Shown: positions 57,706 to 64,000 of the stretch, piece by piece
How positions within the stretch are numbered: position 1 is the stretch's first letter
Layout: the number at the start of each line of letters is the position of its first letter
Origin: Parcubacteria group bacterium
Lineage (GTDB): Bacteria; Patescibacteriota; Minisyncoccia; Phycocordibacterales; CSBR16-119
Reading direction: 5' to 3'
DNA: 64,000 bases
Assembly (NCBI GenBank): GCA_943356745.1
Contig: CALRFT010000002.1
Location: 7,124-71,123, forward strand
Made by a program: the position numbers and the translations under genes
Notes under the pieces: generated by a model
Seen by the model: the letters and a program-made list of their open reading frames with translations, nothing else
Told to the model about the DNA's origin: nothing
Database searches by the model: none

Positions 57706-58947
57706 TTATTTTTTATAATACCTCTTCATAAACTCATCTTTAAATTCATGGAATGTATCATTCAAAATTGATTCTCGAATCTTTTTTACAAGAGAGATAA
57801 TGAAATAAAGATTGTGAACAGATGCAAGTGTCCCACCAAGACTCTCTCCTGCTCGAAACAGATGACAGAGATAGCTTTTTGTAAAACGTTGTGAGGTATA
57901 TGAAGGAATTTCAGGATCAATCGGTGAAAAATCTTCTTTGTATTTTGCATTTGAAATGTGAACTGGACCATCCATGGTGTATACAATCCCATGTCTTGCA
58001 ACACGTGTCGGTGACACACAGTCAAAAAGATCACAGCCATTTTCAACTCCATTAAACAAATCCATCGGTTCACCAATTCCGAGCAAGTGACGAGGTTTTC
58101 CTTCTGGAAGATTTTCATTCACCCACTTCACCGCTGTTGCCATATCGTCTTTATCAAAAGATCCTCCAATCCCAAAACCATCAAACTCATGTCCATCTTT
58201 TGTTTTCATTTCTGCCAAAATTTTTGCGGATTCTTTTCGTAAATCTTCATGTCGTCCACCTTGAACAACACCAAAGAGTGCTTGTACATTTTCAGGATCA
58301 AGTTCCCAGTGTTTTTCAAGAGAGCGAAGTGCCCATCGGTGAGTTCTATCCATTGCTTCTTTTTGGTAATCATAACTTGCTTGGGGTGAAGTACATTCAT
58401 CAAAAGCAAAAATCATATCCGCTCCCAAATTCCACTGAATCTCCATAGAGATTTCTGGTGTGAATCTATGCATTGAACCATCACGATGAGATTTGAAAGT
58501 TACACCTTCTTCATCAATTGTAGCGAGTTTCTTTTTGTTTCCTGTTCCTCCATCTTTCACGCTATTCTTTTTTGTTTTTGAAAGTTCAATATCACCTTTT
58601 GCAACCTTTGAAACATTTGATCCAAAGGCGGCACCGAGAGAAAAAACCTGAAAACCTCCAGAGTCAGTCATGGTTGGGCCATGCCAATCCATCATTGGAC
58701 CAAACCCTCCAGCTTTTTTCACAATCTTGTCTCCTGGTTCAAAATACAAGTGGTAAGTATTTGCCAAAACAACCTGCGTTTCAATATCTCGAAGCATTTC
58801 TGGTGTGACACCTTTTACATTTGCCTTTGTTCCCACCACAACAAAAGAAGGAGTCTGAACTTCTCCGTGTGGGGTACTGATTTGGCCGGCGCGCCCAAGC
58901 GCGCCGGCCATTTTCTTTTCAATTGTAAAATTAAAATTGTTCTTCAT
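57706..58947 (-). CDS. tgt: Queuine tRNA-ribosyltransferase (tRNA-guanine transglycosylase)
   Basis: TPHGEVQTPSFVVVGTKANVKGV, ANTYHLY, the catalytic Asp region, and the zinc site CDLFDCVSPTRVARHG. Confidence 0.85.
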   Translation of the reverse strand: MKNNFNFTIEKKMAGALGRAGQISTPHGEVQTPSFVVVGTKANVKGVTPEMLRDIETQVVLANTYHLYFEPGDKIVKKAGGFGPMMDWHGPTMTDSGGFQVFSLGAAFGSNVSKVAKGDIELSKTKKNSVKDGGTGNKKKLATIDEEGVTFKSHRDGSMHRFTPEISMEIQWNLGADMIFAFDECTSPQASYDYQKEAMDRTHRWALRSLEKHWELDPENVQALFGVVQGGRHEDLRKESAKILAEMKTKDGHEFDGFGIGGSFDKDDMATAVKWVNENLPEGKPRHLLGIGEPMDLFNGVENGCDLFDCVSPTRVARHGIVYTMDGPVHISNAKYKEDFSPIDPEIPSYTSQRFTKSYLCHLFRAGESLGGTLASVHNLYFIISLVKKIRESILNDTFHEFKDEFMKRYYKK

Positions 58948-59719
58948 ATCCAGGTATTACTTCAACAAATTGAATTTGATTTATATTCACAGCACTTTGC
59001 GCAAAAACAGTTTGCACAGGGTCTGTGGCTTCAAATTGAATTTCTTCTATTGTTCCAAACAAAAGCCCGTTTCGAGCAGGGAGAGAAAGTATATCTCCAA
59101 TAGTAATAGAAATATCTCTTGGAACAGTAAACTTCACCATTCCACCTCCATGACCAACAGCATCAATATATGTAGCAGTTTGATTATGTACTAAAACAGA
59201 AGAAATCTCACTTTCGGTAAACAACTCAACAAAAGAAATATTTTTTCTCACGTCAACAATTTTTCCAAGTGCAACAGTTCCATATCCAACCACCAAATCT
59301 CCTTCCTGAATTCCATCCTGAACCCCAGCATCAATAATCAAAGTATCGTACAGTGTGTAGTTTGGTTTTATCAAAATCGCAGCAGTTTTTGCATTTGAAG
59401 ATGTGCTTACAATATCCTTCAAAGAATTATTTTCTACTTCAAACATTCGAAGTCTCATAATCTCAATATCTTTTTGGCGAAGTTCATTTTCTAAATCTTG
59501 AACCTGTCTTTGCAAATTTCTTTTATCTTTCAATACAAAAGAAAGTGATCCATCTTCATTATTTCCCATACTCCAAAATGCAGATGCAAGTGGATGGAAA
59601 CCGCTGGAAAGCCATCTATAGATTCCAGAAAATCCGAGAATAACCAAAAACACGATCACGAAGAAAGCGAGACCGAGTTTTTTCTGTTCTTTTTTCTTTT
59701 TAGCGGAGTGGAAGTTCAT
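58931..59719 (-). CDS. mreC: Rod shape-determining protein MreC
   Basis: N-terminal TM, coiled coil (QRQVQDLENELRQKDIEIMRLR), C-terminal beta-domain. Sits immediately downstream of mreB. Confidence 0.65.
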   Translation of the reverse strand: MNFHSAKKKKEQKKLGLAFFVIVFLVILGFSGIYRWLSSGFHPLASAFWSMGNNEDGSLSFVLKDKRNLQRQVQDLENELRQKDIEIMRLRMFEVENNSLKDIVSTSSNAKTAAILIKPNYTLYDTLIIDAGVQDGIQEGDLVVGYGTVALGKIVDVRKNISFVELFTESEISSVLVHNQTATYIDAVGHGGGMVKFTVPRDISITIGDILSLPARNGLLFGTIEEIQFEATDPVQTVFAQSAVNINQIQFVEVIPGYEEQF

Positions 59720-60755
59720 CGTCGTTTGAAACTAATACATCTTTATATTTTTCAAAATCTTGCAATATAATCCCTGTACCCCTTGCAACTGCAGTAAGCG
59801 GTTCTTCAGCAACATAAATCGGCATCTTTGAAACCTTTTGAAGAATAATATCAAGACCTCGAATAAGAGACCCTCCTCCAGTCAACACAATTCCTCGTCC
59901 CATAATATCAGACAAAATTTCCGGTGGAGTATTTTCGATTACTTGTCGCACGCCATCAATCAAAACTTTAAGTGAGGGCATAATTGCTTCTCGAATATCA
60001 GAATCTGTTACAACTACTTCTCGAGGAAGTCCCGTCACTAAATCTCGTCCACGAACTGGTGTTTCTATTGGTTCTTCTAGTGGAAGAGCAGAACCAACTT
60101 TTATTTTTACCTCTTCTGCTGTTTTTTCTCCAACTAATATTTTAAACTCATCTCGAAAATAAGAAACAATGTCAGCATTAAGCTTGTCACCTGCCATATT
60201 CAAACTTTTTGATTGAATCACACCAGCGAGAGAGATAACAGCAACATCTGTTGTACCACCTCCAATATCGATAATCATTGAACCTGACGCATCATGAACA
60301 GGAAGTCTGATTCCAATCGCAGCAGCCATTGGTTCTTCCACAATATACACTTCTCGTGCACCAGCAGATTTTGCAGCGTCATATACTGCTCTTGTTTCTA
60401 CATTTGTAATTCCAGATGGAACTCCAACAACAACTCGCGGTCGGAACATTTTCTTCCCCATCTTATCTGCTTTGTTAATGTAGTACGCAAGCATTTCTTC
60501 CGTCACTTCAAAATCTGAAACAACACCTTCCACCAAAGGACGCACTGCTTTTATATGACCCGGTGTTCTACCAATCATTTTTTTTGCCTCTGCGCCAATT
60601 GCAACAATCTGACCTGTTTTTTGATTCACTGCGACAACAGAAGGTTCATTAATCACGATTCCCTTTCCAGACAAATACACCAAAGTATTTGCGGTACCAA
60701 GGTCAATTCCAATGTCGTTTGAAAATGATCGATAAAAGTTTTGTAGAAATTTCAT
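59700..60755 (-). CDS. mreB: Rod shape-determining protein MreB
   Basis: DIGIDLGTANTLVY, actin-fold phosphate motifs, IDIGGGTTDVAV. Confidence 0.9.
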   Translation of the reverse strand: MKFLQNFYRSFSNDIGIDLGTANTLVYLSGKGIVINEPSVVAVNQKTGQIVAIGAEAKKMIGRTPGHIKAVRPLVEGVVSDFEVTEEMLAYYINKADKMGKKMFRPRVVVGVPSGITNVETRAVYDAAKSAGAREVYIVEEPMAAAIGIRLPVHDASGSMIIDIGGGTTDVAVISLAGVIQSKSLNMAGDKLNADIVSYFRDEFKILVGEKTAEEVKIKVGSALPLEEPIETPVRGRDLVTGLPREVVVTDSDIREAIMPSLKVLIDGVRQVIENTPPEILSDIMGRGIVLTGGGSLIRGLDIILQKVSKMPIYVAEEPLTAVARGTGIILQDFEKYKDVLVSNDDELPLR

Positions 60756-60761
60756 AATTAA

Positions 60762-62030
60762 TTAAGATATTGTTCTTTGAATTTGTTCGAAAGAGAAAAT
60801 TGAAGAGCTTTGTTCATTTCGTTTTTTATATTCATAACCACCAGCTTCAAGACTTTTTGCAGAAACAACGATTCTATGTGGGATTCCAATCAGATCTGCA
60901 TCTGCAAGCTTTGCTCCCGCAGAAGTATCTCTATCATCAAACAACACTTCAACACCTTGCGCTGTAAGTTTTTTGTATAAATCTTCTGCTTCTTCATTTT
61001 TACCAAGTGAAATAATATGTACTTGAAATGGAGCAACCGATTCTGGCCAGACAATTCCCTTTTCGTCGCTTAAAGTTTCTACGATAGTTCCCATAAGTCT
61101 AGAAATTCCAATTCCATACGATCCCATAAATACTGGGATATTTTTTCCTTCTTCATTTTTATAAGTTAAATCAAATGGCTCAGAAAATTTAAAACCAAGT
61201 GAAAAAATATTTCCAACTTCAATAGATTTTTCCTCCTTGAGAGAATCTTTTGAAACACCCAAATCAGATAAAACTTCATCAGTGAGAACTTCTTTATTGA
61301 TTGCAATATTTTTTGTACTATCAATATAAATGATATCTTCACCAGCATCTGAAAGAGCTTGGAACTCGTGAGAATATTTTGAAAATGTTCCACCAGAAGC
61401 AAAAGTTAGATAAGTTATGCCTCCCAATCCAACACGATTGAAAACATTAATATATGAGTCTGTTATTTTTTTATAAAACTCATTATGTTCATTTTCATCT
61501 TTTGAAAATGAATACAAGGCTTTCCAATGAAACTCTCTCCCTCGCATGATTCCTGATTTTGCCCGAGTTTCATTTCGAAATATTGTTTTAAAATCGTATG
61601 GATATAGTGGTAAATCTTTATATGAACTAATAAACCCTTTCATGAGATTTGAAAAAGCTTCTTCATTTGTAAAAGAAAGTCCTAGCTGTGTTCCATTCTT
61701 AAGTTCTGTCTTAAACCAATTATCTACAACATCATCACTCCATCGATTTGTTTTTTCCCAAACACTTTTTTCTTGAAGCGCAGAAGTTCTCATTTCACTT
61801 CCACCTATAGCATCCATCTCTTCTCGTGTTATCTGTTCAATTTTTTTAAGAACACGAAGTCCGAGCGGAAGATAACTATACACACCAGCAATTTCTTTGG
61901 TGATAAATCCAGCACGAATAAGCAGTTGTGCGTTTTTTGAAACCTCATCAGCTGGAGCTTCTTTTCGAGTCTTGGTGAATAGTTTAGATTGATACATACG
62001 AGTTAAATTTAGCCTTAAAATACAAGACAA
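60762..62030 (-). CDS. proS: Prolyl-tRNA synthetase (short form, 422 aa)
   Basis: N-terminus MYQSKLFTKTRKEAPADEVSKNAQLLIRAGFI matches the bacterial ProRS start. Class II motifs and a C-terminal anticodon-binding domain. Confidence 0.8.
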   Translation of the reverse strand: MSCILRLNLTRMYQSKLFTKTRKEAPADEVSKNAQLLIRAGFITKEIAGVYSYLPLGLRVLKKIEQITREEMDAIGGSEMRTSALQEKSVWEKTNRWSDDVVDNWFKTELKNGTQLGLSFTNEEAFSNLMKGFISSYKDLPLYPYDFKTIFRNETRAKSGIMRGREFHWKALYSFSKDENEHNEFYKKITDSYINVFNRVGLGGITYLTFASGGTFSKYSHEFQALSDAGEDIIYIDSTKNIAINKEVLTDEVLSDLGVSKDSLKEEKSIEVGNIFSLGFKFSEPFDLTYKNEEGKNIPVFMGSYGIGISRLMGTIVETLSDEKGIVWPESVAPFQVHIISLGKNEEAEDLYKKLTAQGVEVLFDDRDTSAGAKLADADLIGIPHRIVVSAKSLEAGGYEYKKRNEQSSSIFSFEQIQRTIS

Positions 62031-62268
62031 GTGTACCGTAAATATAAGCTTTGGTCAAAATTGACATGGGAATTGAAAATACTTGAAAAAAAGCAAAAAG
62101 TATAGTAAAGTACAAATGTCTGAATCAACCTCCCTATGGCGGAGGTGCCCAGAGCCACAAGGCGTCGAAACTGGGTCAAACAAGAGATATTGTGACGTAT
62201 GTTCCCTTTTTGGGATCTTACTTCACCATTATAAGTCCTATCTCTCGTGACAGACGTAAAAAAAACAT

Positions 62269-62943
62269 ATGGATAAACAAACACTCGTAAAAGAACTTAT
62301 CGAACGAGGTGCACATTTTGGTTTTTCAAAATCACGACGACACCCGTCAATGAAGCCTTTTATCTTTACTACAAAAAACAAGACTGATATTTTCGATCTT
62401 GAACGAACAGCAGAAAGACTTGCAACTGCACTTGAGCTTGTAAAAAAAGCAGCAGCTGACAAAAAACAAATTCTTTTTGTTGGAACAAAACCAGAAGCAA
62501 AAATCGTAACTCGAGAAAATGCTGACAGTACAGGAAACCCATTCATCACAGACCGATGGATTGGAGGAACCCTTACAAACTGGAATGAAATTCAAAAACG
62601 AGCAAATCGTCTTGAAACTCTTCGAAAAGAAAAAGAAAACGGAGAACTTAACAAATATACAAAGAAAGAGCGACTAGGTCTTGAACGACTTATGGCAAAG
62701 CTTGATCGATACTTTGGTGGTATTACTATCATGAAAGAACGACCAGCACTTCTTGTTGTTGTTGACCCTAAAAAAGAACATATTGCTATTAAAGAAGCAA
62801 AACAACTTAATATTCCAATTGTTGCAATTGCAAATACAGACTGTGATATTAGTGATCTTTCACTCGCAATTCCTGCAAACGACGCTTCAAAAGCAAGTAT
62901 TGAATACTTCCTCAAGAAGATTACTGCAGAATATAATGCATAA
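62269..62943 (+). CDS. rpsB: 30S ribosomal protein S2
   Basis: LIERGAHFGFSKSRRHPSMKPFIF ... ILFVGTK ... TDRWIGGTLTNW. Confidence 0.9.
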   Translation: MDKQTLVKELIERGAHFGFSKSRRHPSMKPFIFTTKNKTDIFDLERTAERLATALELVKKAAADKKQILFVGTKPEAKIVTRENADSTGNPFITDRWIGGTLTNWNEIQKRANRLETLRKEKENGELNKYTKKERLGLERLMAKLDRYFGGITIMKERPALLVVVDPKKEHIAIKEAKQLNIPIVAIANTDCDISDLSLAIPANDASKASIEYFLKKITAEYNA

Positions 62944-62985
62944 ATCTTAGTTTGATTTTTATTATTTAAATGTTCATTTATATCT

Positions 62986-63750
62986 ATGTCTATAGAACTC
63001 ATTAAAGAACTTCGAGACGCTACAGGACTTTCAGTAATGCAATGTAAAAAAGCACTTGAAGAAACAAATGGAGATATTGAAAAAGCTCTTATGCTTCTTA
63101 AGAAAAAGTCTTCTGATGCTGCTACAAAAAAAGCAGACAGAGACACGGGAGCAGGACGAGTTGCTGTTGCTTCTTCTGAAGGAAAAACAGCTGTTATTAC
63201 TTTGTACTGCGAAACAGATTTCGTAGCAAAAAATGACGACTTCGTAGCTCTTGCAAATGATGTTGCAGCATACGCACTCACAAACGGAAAAGAAGTACTT
63301 GAAACAAACGTTACAGAACTTATCAATCCTCTTATCCAAAAGATTGGAGAAAATATGAAGCTTGGACAAGTTGATATCCTCGAAGGAGAAACAATTGGTT
63401 CATACATTCACAACGGAGCAATTGCTGTTGCTGTAAATCTTCAAGGAGGAAATGTTGATCTTGCAAAAGATATTGCAATGCATATTAGTGCAATGAAGCC
63501 AAGTTACCTTACAAAAGAAGATGTTCCAGCTGAAGCTCTCCAAAAAGCAAAAGAAACTTTTGGAAATGAAGTTGATACTTCAAAGCCAGCTGATATTCAA
63601 GAAAAAATTCTACAAGGAAAGATTGATTCATACTTCAAGGAACAAACTTTGATGGAACAAACTTTCATTAAGGATCCTTCAAAATCAATCAAGCAACTCC
63701 TTTCTGAGAAAAATGCGACTCTTACAAACTACGTAATGCATTCTATCTAA
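62986..63750 (+). CDS. tsf: Elongation factor Ts
   Basis: LIKELRDATGLSVMQCKKALEETNGDIEKALMLLKKK (UBA-like N-terminus of EF-Ts). Immediately downstream of rpsB. Confidence 0.85.
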   Translation: MSIELIKELRDATGLSVMQCKKALEETNGDIEKALMLLKKKSSDAATKKADRDTGAGRVAVASSEGKTAVITLYCETDFVAKNDDFVALANDVAAYALTNGKEVLETNVTELINPLIQKIGENMKLGQVDILEGETIGSYIHNGAIAVAVNLQGGNVDLAKDIAMHISAMKPSYLTKEDVPAEALQKAKETFGNEVDTSKPADIQEKILQGKIDSYFKEQTLMEQTFIKDPSKSIKQLLSEKNATLTNYVMHSI

Positions 63751-63751
63751 C

Positions 63752-63982
63752 ATGTTCCCCTTAGCTACATTTATACTTTCACTTCTTATTCTTCTTGGTA
63801 TGATTATTTACCGAGTAGACGAACTACGTCTCCATGACGATCAGGACGAAATAAAGAATAAATTACCAGAAGTAAAGATTGTAGGTAGCATTAAGCGAGG
63901 AATTGATTCTGTTATCTACTTTGTAGGAATTAGAATCTGGAGACTTATTCGTAAAATCAAGAAAAGATTTCACAAGAAATAA
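63752..63982 (+). CDS. Hypothetical small membrane protein
   Basis: 76 aa with an N-terminal hydrophobic helix. Start codon overlaps the tsf stop. Confidence 0.25.
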   Translation: MFPLATFILSLLILLGMIIYRVDELRLHDDQDEIKNKLPEVKIVGSIKRGIDSVIYFVGIRIWRLIRKIKKRFHKK

Positions 63983-64000
63983 TTGACAGAAACGAGTAAA

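Overview
This 64 kb window is low-GC bacterial chromosome. The gene content suggests a reduced, probably CPR/Patescibacteria-like genome: compact housekeeping genes, a short UvrC, a degenerate PriA, many secreted or surface proteins, and hairpin plus T-run terminators after almost every gene. This lineage call is inference from gene content only.

Most of the window is core machinery:
- Cell division and shape: ftsA, ftsZ, an FtsB-like protein, mreB, mreC, murJ and ddl.
- Translation: rpsU, rpsB, tsf, valS, leuS, proS, lepA, typA, tsaD, tgt and ybeY.
- Repair: uvrA, uvrB and a short uvrC.
- Four tRNAs: Glu, Arg, Phe and Ala.

The main accessory feature is an integrated island of about 8 kb at roughly 10.56-18.58 kb, next to tRNA-Glu.
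- A three-gene operon on the minus strand encodes a Gabija-type pair: an OLD-family ABC ATPase/TOPRIM protein (GajA-like) and a UvrD-like SF1 helicase (GajB-like).
- The third gene starts 1 nt after the helicase stop. Its product is uncharacterised and carries an R-x5-H motif reminiscent of HEPN nucleases.
- Downstream are a GC-rich structured leader showing mutually exclusive pairing ahead of a small secreted protein, an array of AAAACAG(T/C)G iteron-like repeats, and a winged-helix-like protein.
- A large serine recombinase gene runs into the tRNA-Glu gene. A partial tandem copy of the tRNA 5' half sits just beyond.

Other notable points:
- LeuS carries a NUDIX hydrolase domain inserted after the CP1 editing domain.
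- Two single genes, a NUDIX gene and a hypothetical gene, are each flanked by near-identical palindromic terminator hairpins.
- Two paralogous 635-aa surface proteins with peptidoglycan-binding domains flank a CAP/SCP-domain protein.
- A vWA-domain gene is split by a frameshift, and a second gene appears disrupted at a homopolymer.
- Several short unannotated ORFs and structured intergenic segments are listed under findings.

No rRNA, CRISPR array or IS element was seen.
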